Positions 38,665 to 50,366 of a DNA stretch of 50,366 nucleotides are shown here, in pieces. Within the stretch, counting starts at the first letter, position 1. The number at the start of each line of letters is the position of its first letter. This stretch comes from Trichoplax sp. H2. Taxonomy: Eukaryota. The stretch covers positions 62,001 to 112,366 of the forward strand of contig NOWV01000219.1 in NCBI GenBank assembly GCA_003344405.1. Direction: 5' to 3'. Under the pieces are notes generated by a model. The model did no database searches. It was not told the origin of the DNA and was given only the letters and a program-made list of their open reading frames with translations. Position numbers and translations under genes: made by a program.

Positions 38665-40268
38665 CACTCTAACTACTTAACAATCAACGTAACCTCTGCC
38701 ATTTGCCATCTTCTTTTCTATTTTCTCAATTAAATTTTCCTAATGTAACTTTCATGTCACGTTATAAAATATCAAAATCTCAAATTCACAACGAAAAGTT
38801 CAAATTTCAAAAATCAACCCTTACAACATTTTCCAAAAATTAAAATCTAAAAATTGAATCAAAGGATTAACAAATGTGTAATGAAGGTTAATATTTAGTA
38901 TTCTCCTTCATAGAATATTTCTTTATTTAGTAATGTATTGTAAGATGATTTAAGATTTTAGTATAGGACTTGCAAGTAATATCCAAATTAGTGTAGATGA
39001 TAGTGGAAGGATTGTGTCAGATAGTATAATGTGAACCTGTCCACTGTAGTTAATATAGTTAATACTATTTAAGTGTTTGATTTGTAATCGTTGTTACATA
39101 TTTAGGTTGTTGATTACTAATCTAAAAAAATCCTTGTAATGTTTATGTGAACCGCGTCCTTAAGTTGTGAATGACGTCTGTGAGTCATATGTAAGGATTG
39201 TCGGTATCTCATTGTAGAATTATAATTGTAACTATTAGTGACTTTTAAGTGAGAAGATTAAGTATTCATTTACTGTAGACTTGTAAGGTTAACTTTATTT
39301 GTACTATGTGAGGGAATCGTAAGGTGTAATCTGTTCTAAGATATGTCCGATTAATTGCTAGTATTGTAGTTTGTAACTACTTTTAGCATACTTTAGGATT
39401 GATGATTCATAGTTAATAGACCACCTACTGCTCTGCGAAGCATATAAAATGGTGATGTAATCGAGAATACTTTAGTTTTGTTTTCAGTGGAGTCTTCTTC
39501 GCTGTAGTCCTGTTTGTAGTTCTTGGTGTTAATCGAAGTCGTGGTCCTAACCACTAGAGGTCGTATAACTTAAGAAGAGATCGTAAGTTGTTTTGTTTGG
39601 TAAACTTTATAGATCATTTCGCTTGTTAGTTTCATATAGTGTTCAGCCGTATTGTTATACCTGTTACTATTGCAAGACTCACTTAAACGGCTTTTTAATT
39701 TATAAAGTAAAGTATATTAAATAAACTGGTGTTGTTCCCCTAATCTCTATCTTGGTTCAAAGTGTCACCAACCTTAGTGTATCTTAGCAAAATAAAGCTA
39801 AATTATTACAAATGGCTAAAGTTTAGAGACCAAGCCGTTATTACGAATTCAGTTATAGTAATAGTGATAGTTCTTTCAACAGTATAATCATCTAGTAGTT
39901 TCATTCGTAAATGAGTGTTCGAGNNNNNNNNNNNNNNNNNNNNCACTCTAACTACTTAACAATCAACGTAACCTCTGCCATTTGCCATCTTCTTTTCTAT
40001 TTTCTCAATTAAATTTTCTTAATGTAACTTTCATGTCACGTTATAAAATATCAAAATCTCAAATTCACAACGAAAAGTTCAAATTTCAAAAATCAACTCT
40101 TACAACATTTTCCAAAAATTAAAATCTAAAAATTGTATCAAAGGATTAACAAATGGATAAAGTTTAGAGACCAAGCCGTTAGTTATTACGAATTCAGTTA
40201 TAGTAGTAGTGATAGTTCTTTCAACAGTATAATAATCTAGTAGTTTCATTCGTAAATGAGTGTTCGAG
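38665..40268. repeat. Gap-flanking duplication (probable uncollapsed haplotypes) around N gap 39924-39943
   Basis: 39944-40268 matches 38665-38876 joined to 39815-39923, with a few SNPs and indels. Confidence 0.9.
38877..39810. mobile_element. Solo-LTR-like insertion (934 bp), absent from the adjacent copy
   Basis: Termini TGTAATGA...TTATTACA, flanked by AATG on both sides (38873-38876, 39811-39814). The post-gap copy shows the empty site ggattaaca-AATG-gataaagtttagagacc (~40143-40172). AATAAA lies near the 3' end. Confidence 0.6.
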
Positions 40269-43200
40269 AAGATCTAATGAAAGCCTAGTAGAACTTTGTG
40301 GAAGTCTAGCCTAATCTAGTCTCGTTCGAGACGTTCACTTACATAACGCTCGAGGTTGATCAATCATAGCAATAATAAAAACAACATCTGTACGACATTA
40401 TGCTAAATCTTATATAAAGAGATCAGTATAGAATTAATGTAATAACTTATAGAAATCATAGCTAGGCATTACCAGTACGATTCTTACAACGTAATAGAAT
40501 GTTTTATTAACATAACACATCCATATATATATCTGCATTGGAATTTGATAAGGAATGAATTATTTTGCGATACAATAAATTCAGATTTGTAAAGTTCATT
40601 AATTATCAAAATTACTTTTCAAAATATATTAGCAAACGAGTACATAGTTATACAGTAAAATTCGATACATTTCTTTATTAGGATTATATTGAATTATATG
40701 GAATTATCGCTCTATAGCTATGATACTATAAAGCCCAAAGATAATATCTTTCCTTGCATTTGGAAGAGTATGCACGTTCAATTTGATTTCATATATGATA
40801 CTAAAATTAACTTTATCTAGATTAATTCTAATACGACACAATTCGATCTATTCCCACATGAAACTGTCTGAAGCTTGTTGCACTATAAACCTCTTAATCC
40901 TAACATACGCTAACTCATTCTAATGCTATCGTTGATGATATTTAAATGTAAAACAGTGTAAAATTGCCGTTGTATAAACCTTATTACTTGTAAAGTTGAG
41001 ATTTAATATATTTTATTATGTTTTGAACTGTGTTAAGCTTGTTGCATAAGCTCTTAATTTTGTAATTGCATCAGGCAGATAGGCGTTTTTTAGTATTTTA
41101 GAATGTTTATTAACATAAATCAGCGTTACAGGTACATTTACTAATCTTTGAGTTAAGTTTATGTACAGAAATGGTTGTACAAATAGCAATACATTTCATT
41201 TATATTTTTATTAACATATCTTATACGAAAATAATATTGCTATACTTAAAAATGAAACCCTGCTATAGGTTTAGACTCGATAAATATCGATTCTCAGGAC
41301 TGATTATCCGGATAAAGTTAAACGGATTATTAGGAAGAATTTGTAGATTATCGCTTTTACAATAACGAATAACCTGCAAAGTTTTCACAATCATTCATAT
41401 TAAACGCTTCTACGATAGGACAATGAATTAATAATATATATTGCTGAAATGTTAATTTTATTTTTCCTAATTAATGATATATTCGAACTTTAGTATCAAT
41501 CAAAATTATGATTTTAACTTTTAGTCGATTAATTTTTCTCATCTGTAATTGTAAATGTAATTGAATGTTTATTGCAATATGCTTAGACTATTAGTTGTTA
41601 TGCTTAAGTATTTTTATATGTAATATTGACTTGTTTTATAAGAAAAATAGACTCGTTTTGATGATGGAGTTGTTAAATTCGTAACGGTTATTTTGGAGTG
41701 AGACAGCATTTTCACGAATTAGGAGATCCCACTATCTTTGATCTGGTGTGATAACTTAGATATACTGTTAAGATTATAGTATGTTAGGATCGGCTGACTA
41801 TTTTGAGATGATATCTTGCCCAACCGTCTACGACTAAGTGTTTTGTAAAGGCGTACAAAAGAGGACGTGTTTTAGAGAACTGTGGAGAAGAAGCATTAAG
41901 TTGTCATTTCTAAAATAGTAGGACAGCCTACAGTTAGTGGCAATTGTCTATTAACTCTACCTATTTTTCAAGTTATTCGTCAAAATTAAACGCTTTTAAT
42001 TACTTTATTAGTTTAACTGTTTGCGATAGTAAAAGAATCGGATACTTGGGAGTTATAATTCCTTTACTGGATCTTACATTAAAGCATCCTTTATGCAACT
42101 TATATAGCGCCATATTACTCGTTGCATAAGATACCATCTTCATTAATTGATTTGTCGACTGTACGAATTATAAATAATTTATTAGTTGATGCCACTACGG
42201 ATCATTATTTTGCAGTACTGTATTGCCATGATACACTATTCCTTCCTCCCCCCCCCACAATTATTAAGAAACGAAGATTAGCCAATGTAAGTAGAATCAG
42301 TACACAGCGCATCTTTACTATACTAATCTATATCTAAAATAAAGCCAATGATCCGTCAAGTATTCAATAAATTTACCATGATGTACAGTAAATAATGTGT
42401 GAAATAAATCAGTTTTATCTTACAGCAATAAGGAAGATTGATCTATGCACAGGACAACATGAGTGAAATACTGATATCCAATCAATTTGCAGTGGTACAA
42501 ATAGATCACTGAAATAGATCAATTTTATCCTACAGGTAGGCTAAAACATTAAAATTGGTTAATACTTGATGTCTAGAAGGGGAAAAAGTGATTTGATAGG
42601 TAGGAGCTAGATTGATGATACTACAAATGCATCCCTCTTAATGTACGGTAGCTTCTACGTTAAGAAAATTATCTGAAATAAGCTACAAGATTCCATACAA
42701 AAAATTCAAGTTTTGATAAGTTGAGAGGATACGCTTATAGCCAAAGCCTCGCGCTGTATGATCACATACACAATTGCACATGCTAAACTAACATCATTGA
42801 TTTAAATTCTACTGTCGGTTAGTGGCGGACTTTGTATCCCAATACGCTCACTAAGAAAGGTGAAAAGATTGTCAGTGTTTGCGAGTTTTCATAGAGATAT
42901 ATGCAACGCTATGTAAGTTAAAGGAACAGAATTGAAATAAAATGGAAACAACTTTAGCGTGTTAAATTATATTTTTTAATTGTAATTATGAAGTAGGAAT
43001 AGGATAAACTGAAAACTTAAATGTTATGTAAAATTAGAATATGCTCTTGATGATAGAGTTTTAATTTACGATGATTGAAGACTGGCTTTCACATGGTAAC
43101 ATCTACAGTTTTACACTTCATGCAATCAAAATCTTCTAGTTTAAATAGTAGAGGTTACCTGCAGCACGAGTAGAAGGTAGTTCAATGCTATCGTTTCCAT

Positions 43201-45996
43201 TAGCTTATTCTGATTTTAAAATAAGTCTAATGTAAAGTGAGCTGGATAGAATAGAAAATGTACACGCGTGCAACGCTGAATAAGGAGATTTTTCTCATTA
43301 GTAGTGTGTCACTAGAACACTATTCTCTCGTGATATCTATTTTACTACTAAGAAGTAAAATAAAATACTTGTTCAAAACGACGACAGAGTAATTATGGTT
43401 ATGCGATAGCAAGGTGAAGCTTATTTTCACAGATTCATGCTTGTGGTTGTTTTTCTTAGTAGGTAAGCGTCGGCAGTTCATCAGGAAATCGATGCTAATC
43501 GTATAAATGAGAACTTCAGTCGTGCATTCTAGTCTTTATTAAGTAATCATTACACAAATGCAATTAAGAGACGGTAGTATTTTCCAAATTACTTCAGGAG
43601 ATGCTATAATAAAAACATCTAACTATGATATTATAATGGAGACCTTAACTCTTAGGATAGGAATGACGTAATATTTCCAGCTCTTCTAATTCGTTAGTAA
43701 CTAATATTTGAGTTACTGTTCATTGGTACGATGAATTTATAAATATCAATATCTACCAATTCATTATTGTATTGTAGCTAAGTCGTAACGTAAAAGTCAG
43801 CATGGTGGTTAACACCTTATAGTATATCGGGAATTCTCTCTTTACTTACACAGACTTCTTTCCCTTAAACAGTCCCCGATTATACAGCTTAATTGAGTAG
43901 GGCATCAGCTTTGCAAGAATATTACTATAGATATGGTGTATGATTTTACTCACACACAAGTTACTGTATCTACTACAAAAGTAACTTATTACTTTAATCA
44001 GCTATACTGTACGTGTATGTAAAGCTCAAGTACTGCTGTGATGCACTATCGAATTTTATTTTCAAGTATTACAGTAAAAAGGAAGATTAATCCATGTAGG
44101 TACCTGCTACAATCAATGCACAACATACTTTGTGTCGATTTGTCTCTAAAACGAAGCGAATGATGTGTCTTCTGAAGTATCCAATCAATTTATGACCGTA
44201 AACTAGATCCAAGCATCCAACGGATTGATGATTGTGCAGAATTGCATCACTATCCAACAAAATACTGTCGATAGTACAATATCACAAAAGGAATTATTAG
44301 TTAATGACTGGTTCTACTGTCGGAGGAAACGACTCCTCTATTTTAATTTTTATACGCGTACGTTAAAAAAACATGTGAAATAAGTTACAACATTCCACAG
44401 CACAATTTACATCTTGACTGCATCGTTACAATCTCGAGCGAAATAGTATTTTGTATTGGACACGTTGGTTTCTGTTCCAATATCATTTAATTTATATAAT
44501 CAATCCAGCAAGAAAAGTGAGTGTATGCGATTGCTGACAACTAAGTACAACAAACCATGATTATGGAATGTAGCATTTCTATCATTTTATTTTATTTCAA
44601 AATGGTTAATTGCACAAATGCAGTACGGTACACTAGTGGCGCTATCACAAATTCATATGACAGATCCAGTATAAAATACATACGATTGAAATCAATTAGC
44701 CAAACAAAATGTTAGCATGATAGCTTAATCGAAGATTAAAGTAAACTATGACAGAGTTTTAGCCATTGAGAATTAAGAGTCAGTAGAGCTTCTCCTTTAC
44801 AAGTCATCATGTGATGGATCTGGATAAATGAGATCAGTGCTGTATCCTGTCTGTCCTCGTACGCTTATACAGGGTGTATACTAACATTGAGTAGAAAATA
44901 GGGCAGCAGAATGGATGCCTCTTGTCATCCCAGTCCAATTCAAGCAGTCAATATACAGCAGATTTTGTATTGATTTGTGTCTAAAACGAAGCGAATGATC
45001 TGTCTTTTGAAGTATCCAATGAATTTATGAGTGTAAACTAGGTCTGTTTCATCCTACAATTTGTAAAAAAAGATTGTGCGTGTAGAGTGTAGAGTGTAGA
45101 GAGAAATAGGTGAGAAACTAAGTATCCAATGAATTTATGAACGTAAACTAGATCTGTTTAATCTTACCATTGATTAAAAAAACAGATTGACTTGGATGTA
45201 GAAAGAAACGGGTAAGAACATAAGTATCCAACGAATTGATGATTGTGCAAATACATCACTATCCAACACAATCATATCCATGGTACAATATCAGAAAAGG
45301 AATATTGGTTAATGAAAAACAAAACATGTGAATTTACAGCATTCCATAGCACAATTTCCATCTTGATTACATCCTTACAATCTTGAACAAAATATCATTT
45401 TGCGCTGGATATTAATATTGATAAAAATATTGTCGATGGTACAGTATTCAATGAAGGAACATTGGCCAGTCAGTGGTTCTTTGTAGGAAAAAACGACTCC
45501 TCTATTTTAATTTCTTATATGCGTACGTTAAGTAAACATATAAAGTAAGACGTGTACGTTGAAACAAAACATGTAAAGTAAGTTACAGCATTCCATAGCA
45601 CAATTTCCATCTTGATTACTACATCATTACAATCTTGAACAAAATAGCATTTTGTATTGGATACGTTGGTTTCAGTTCAAGGATCATGCCATTTATAATT
45701 AATTAATCTAGCAAGGAAACTAAGTGTATGCGATTGCTGACAATTAAATACAACAAAGCATGATTACAGAATGTAGCAATGCTATCCTTAATTGGATTTG
45801 AGAATGGTAAAGTGCAAAAATCTGTTCAATCATCCGTTACGTCTGCAATCGAACGAACGGATTAAGACTAAGTAGTAACTACTCTCTGTGTAAACTTTGC
45901 AGTCAACATGGTTCAGATACTCGTATCGGAGTATTAGATAACAATCATAACAGGCAGGCTATCAACAAAGTAACTACTGTAGGTCCATTGGTTACC

Positions 45997-46494
45997 TTCT
46001 ACGCAGTATGCTTGTTTCTACAGAAGGTGAAAACGAGTACCCGTGCTGCTACTAAGGCAGTGACCATGGCAACCACTGCCAATGCGCACGATAGCACACC
46101 GTCGTCTCCAAGGCAAAGCAATCTTGTCAAGGTGTCACGCACGCTTCTAATACTTCCTATGCAATGGAAGAGAACGTGCTGCTAAGGGAAGGGCGTTATG
46201 CGAAGAGGCAGTGCGGCACTGCCTCATGGATCATCTACGGATCGGAAGATAGATCTCAATTTCATTGGTTCTACGCAGTATTCTTGTTTCTACAGAAGGT
46301 GAAAACGAGTACCCGTGCTGCTACTAAGGCAGTGACCATGGCAACCACTGCCAATGCGCACTATAGCACACCGTCGTCTCCAAGGCAAAGCAATCTTGTC
46401 AAGGTGTCACGCACGCTTCTAATACTTCCTATGCAATGGAAGAGAACATGCTACTAAGGGAAGGGCGTTATGCGAAGAGGCAGTGCGACACTGC
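45997..46494. repeat. Young tandem duplication, 272-bp period
   Basis: 45997-46222 and 46269-46494 are nearly identical; this explains the repeated ORF-track peptides. Confidence 0.92.
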
Positions 46495-46496
46495 AG

Positions 46497-46592
46497 ATCT
46501 CAATTTCATTGGTTCCTTCTTTCCATTCACTCAATTTGATAGGTTATTTCTTTCCATTGTGAATAGAAAGAAGGAACCAATGAAATTGAGAT
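46497..46592. repeat. Inverted repeat / hairpin: 34-bp arms (1 mismatch), 28-nt loop
   Basis: atctcaatttcattggttccttctttccattcac (46497-46530) pairs with gtgaatagaaagaaggaaccaatgaaattgagat (46559-46592). Outer 13-bp stem tatgcgaagaggc (46469-46481) / gcctcttcgcata (46620-46632). Confidence 0.9.
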
Positions 46593-49015
46593 ATTTCTTC
46601 CGATCCGTAGATACGGACCGCCTCTTCGCATAGCTCAGTTGCTTTCGAGCAGCATTGGTATACGCTTGCGTTGATAGAGTCGAATGAGCGAGAAAATGGA
46701 TCGCCTCACCCTTATTTAGAACTGAAAGTAATTTACCGACTGCCTACTCGCCGTCGCTGGGCGCCAAAACAACCACTGCAAGCGTTATTAGCGTGGAGTG
46801 CAGCATAGTGTGTATTGTACACCACTTTGGATGACCTACTGTAGACTATTGATCGCATCTATACAGAAGAACATTGGCAACATTCTTCTCAGTTGGCGAG
46901 CTTTGCTGGAGTTTTCTTTTCTCAATCCCATCTTTCATCAACGATCCGCTACGATTGGAGGATTGTGTGCGCTCCAAGCACCGTTATCGTATTCTCTATT
47001 TCAACTAGGAACATCCGCACCAATATCCACTTGCCATTAACTCCAATTAACCTGGTAAGTGGAGATGATCGTCATAACGGATCATGTACCTACGAAAACC
47101 AATTGTTGTACTATTGACTCTTGAAAGGTTGGATTCAAAATAGTGAAAGAGTGCTATTGCATTGACTAGATTTTACCCTACTCCAATGATTACCTCAATC
47201 AGTTATACAATGTAAGAATTTTACTGTTTATATCACGTTTGGAGAGTAAGAACAAGGTAACGATGAAGTAATCAGTGGTTCTATGTTAGAAGGAAACGAC
47301 TCTTTTTTTTATTTATGAAGGGTAAAAAAAACGGGTGAAATAAGTTGCTGCATTGCATAGCATAATTTGCATCTTTCCTGCATCATTTCAATCTTCAACA
47401 AAATATCATATATCGTAGCGGAGTATTGGATAACAGGCAGGCAGGCTATCAACAAAGTAACTAGGCCCATTTCTTACCTTCTACACTGTATACTGGTACT
47501 TACAGTAGTTTAAAAGATACTTGAAGTAAAACGTTGAAGAAAGCTCGCCCTGCTATTACTGTAAGGGTTGTTAAGAGTACCTATGGCACACCGTCGTCTC
47601 CAAACCAATGCAATCCTATCACTGTGTCACGCTTGTCTCGCTTCCAATGCAATAGAAGAGAACATGATATTAATTTATTATTATTCCATTTTCCCAATTT
47701 CAAATGCAATCATAATTACTCGAAGGACATGATTGCTACAAGAAGGAGAACTGGAAAAGGGCCTGGCTAATTCTAGTACTGTAGTCATAAAACAAGATGT
47801 CCGTCCTTCTTTATGACTGTCATCGCATAAGGTAGACTAGTAGAGACGATCATCTCTAATACTAAGGATGTGCAGGCTAATTCTTGAGTCATTTCAAGTG
47901 GATCGCATGTCTGACGCGGTACACTGCACTGTCTACCTTGCCCATGTCAACCAGCTGCAGAAACGTACTGCTAAGTTAGTTTGGAGAACGTAGCCAACAT
48001 GGCTCTCAGTTGATTGCGCTATCTTGACGGGCCTTGCTGCAGTTTTCTTCCCTTTCGTTTTCTGCCTTTCTCCTGCTTAGCCAATAGCCAATACCGTGTA
48101 ATGCAATTAATCCGGAATCCATCCCATCGTTGATCGACTATCTGCTATTTCAACCAGGGAGATCACCACCGATATCCACTGGCCATCAACTCCAATCAGT
48201 CTGGTAAGCCTGTCATTGATCAGATCAATACACCATTCACAGATCACTCAATTCAATGATACTCTTACAGGTAGATAGCTGCCATCAAACGAGTCAATGA
48301 GTGTACAGAATAGAGCCTTTCCTTCACATACTTCATCAGCAGATTGTCCAAATTTGATTTACTATCTAATCCATATTTAGTCATGGCTATGCAGGTGATT
48401 GTCCCAATTTTCACTCGTACTAAATTGACGCATGTTGTCTTCATAATTATTGACTGATAGTCCTTGACTCACTTGTGTTTATAATACAGTAATATGAAAC
48501 TGCATGATGACATCTAGTAACAAACCATGCCAGTAGTTTCAAAAACGATGATGCCTATTTCTTCCATTCATCCTATTACTATCAAATAACACTAGCCTAC
48601 AAGAGGGAATAAACTCCTACTCGGACGATGAAAAATAGGCTATACCTGACTATTACGATACAGCAGCAATCGCTTTACGAGTATATCAATGACATATTGA
48701 AATACTCGCACATTATTCCATGTCGCAACGTTGTAAATCCTTCTTGTATACCGACAATGAGTCCTTGTTTGACTACTAAACTATAATTTGAAGGCGTTCA
48801 AGTCAAGATGGAGTGCAACAATCTGTTGTTACTTATACATTACAGTAGAAATGGACTCGAGTAATAGGATTGTAATGAAAGTGCTGTGATAGCTTATTAC
48901 TGCTACGATGTTGTCTACTGCACGTAATACTGTGCTAGTGAAAAATGAAAAACCGAAATAGCTAAAACTAAATATAGCCATATTCTTGACTCTCCACACA
49001 GGCTGATTGGATATA

Positions 49016-49319
49016 ATGGAAGAATGGAATTATATTGACAACGCTTTACGCTGTTATGAAAATCTTCTCTGCGATGATTTACCTATAGAACGGTTGTTAA
49101 CTGATATCAAGAATGAGAATTTAATATCAGAGGAGGAGTACGAAGTGATCAATTCAAAGTTATCTCGACAACAAAAAAACAAAACGCTGTGCAGTACGTT
49201 AAAGTCCAAGAAAGAAGATAAAACAAAAATGACTTCCTTTTGCCAATTGTTATGTTTGGAATTAGATCCTACAACACAAAACTTCGGTTGGCTTTTACAT
49301 GATCTGGCCAATGATCCAG
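49016..49319 (+). CDS. First coding exon of a CARD-like death-fold protein (partial gene continuing downstream)
   Basis: Acceptor ccacacag| at 49001, ATG at 49016, phase-1 donor CCAG|GTAAAG at 49319/49320. The ~100-aa helical pattern LLCDDL.IERLL.DI....LISEEEYEVI....SRQQKNKTL...LKSK.....SFCQLL fits a CARD fold. Confidence 0.72.
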
Positions 49320-49720
49320 GTAAAGTTAGAAACAGCAAATTGTAAAGTGATTATTATTACTGTCGTTTAATAATACATTTACTCTCTTTAATAAAATTAT
49401 TTATATGATTTGATTGATATATATGGATTTTCTATTGGATCGACAACGCGATTTACTATGGAATGGATATGTACATATATGCAATGATCGAATGGAATGA
49501 TTATCGTATGGTTATTATACGGATATACGTATACTAAAACTACCAATACACTGCAATGCTTATACACTAAATCGCCATTCAATCGTCATTCAATACAAAT
49601 TACCATTACTACTCTACTCTTCTCTACTTGTGTCTTACTATACGTCAATACTATATAAACTGTATTATTCTATCATCGCATAACTCCATATCAATCATAC
49701 ACATCATACGAATATTGCAG

Positions 49721-49723
49721 ATC
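49721..49723 (+). CDS. Candidate 3-nt microexon (ATC) of the CARD gene
   Basis: ttgcag|ATC|gtaagt; frame-preserving (G+AT = Asp). Preceded by an AG-free stretch 49348-49718 containing a pyrimidine tract at ~49607-49636. Confidence 0.65.
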
Positions 49724-50366
49724 GTAAGTATCGTTTTATTGGTATATTAAATATACAATGACATTATTAAATAGACTATTGTACGTACTGTATATTTGTT
49801 ATTGTGTATGATTAGAATAATACTTATACGATAATTATAATAAGTTGTAGTATAGCATGTTTAATGTAGGAGGATTAATATTATTTTTGTGTATTAATTA
49901 TGATTATTTTATGTTATTGTATTAATATACATATATGGTTTACTATCGGATTTACTATGGGATCGACAATGCGATTTACTANNNNNNNNNNNNNNNNNNN
50001 NNNNNNNNNNNNNNNNNNNNNNNNNNNNNNNGAGGCGTTTAAGTCTTTGTGTAGTCTGCTAGTAGAGCAAAAGTGTTTGTGATAGTGCAGATATCGTTTC
50101 TTGATACGTGGTTCAAGGAATTGACTTATTGATCGTATATTGCGTTATCTTGTTGCAAAGCTGTTTTGTGACATCTATGTTTTCCGATATTTCAAAGTAG
50201 TACATATTCGTATGCTTCTTAGCTATATTAACTAGCCATCTCGTAGTGATTTCAGCTAGGTACAGGAATATCGCATGTTCACAGTGTAACAGTAAGTAAT
50301 CTGAAGTAAGCACCATATGATATACTGAGCATATTATATAAATTGATACCGATCAGTGCTCGAGAG

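Larger units (their letters stand above)
44107..48210. repeat. Nested, diverged local segmental duplications upstream of the CARD gene
   Basis: Shared blocks: tctaaaacgaagcgaatgat.tgtctt.tgaagtatccaat (44145, 44980); aaacgactcctctattttaattt (44327, 45491, variant ~47294); gtgtatgcgattgctgacaa (44521, 45725); gcacaccgtcgtctccaa (46094, 46366, 47587); ctatttcaac.agg...atatccact.gccat.aactccaat...ctggtaag (~46996-47059, ~48145-48208). Confidence 0.85.

Noticed and set aside
39400..39690. ~90-codon open frame in the complemented-but-not-reversed sequence
   Set aside because: Not biologically readable, expected by chance in C/A-rich sequence, and has no convincing family motif.
45988..46633. Three overlapping ORFs with repeated peptides (KVKTSTRAATKAVTMATT...)
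   Set aside because: Produced by the 272-bp tandem duplication, which shifts frame; no recognisable domain, and some starts are non-ATG.
49054..49338. Antisense ORFs overlapping real exons (also 5944-6159, 8021-8212, 31804-31986)
   Set aside because: Shadow ORFs of coding exons on the opposite strand.
50113..50316. 67-aa minus-strand ORF after the last gap
   Set aside because: No recognisable motif or supported splice structure.

Overview
AT-rich eukaryotic genomic DNA with small introns. Gene content and style suggest an early-branching animal, probably a placozoan such as Trichoplax (inference, not proven). Hand-spliced genes: ARPC1 (+, 9 coding exons, 373 aa); TTC26/IFT56 (-, 20 coding exons, 551 aa); two tandem ERI-1-family DEDDh exonuclease paralogs (+), one catalytically intact with a GC-AG intron and one an open-frame pseudo-nuclease; an atypical intronless rhodopsin-class GPCR (+); and the first coding exon of a CARD/death-fold gene (+). 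That exon is followed by a candidate 3-nt microexon behind a ~370-nt AG-free zone, and the cassette seems to repeat into an assembly gap. Three 20-N gaps are flanked by near-identical copies (probably uncollapsed haplotypes). One pair exposes a polymorphic 934-bp solo-LTR-like insertion (TG...CA ends, 4-bp TSD). Also present: an interstitial telomeric tract in a divergent promoter, TACAGTAC motif clusters at gene 5' ends, a 34-bp-stem hairpin and several degenerate tandem duplications.
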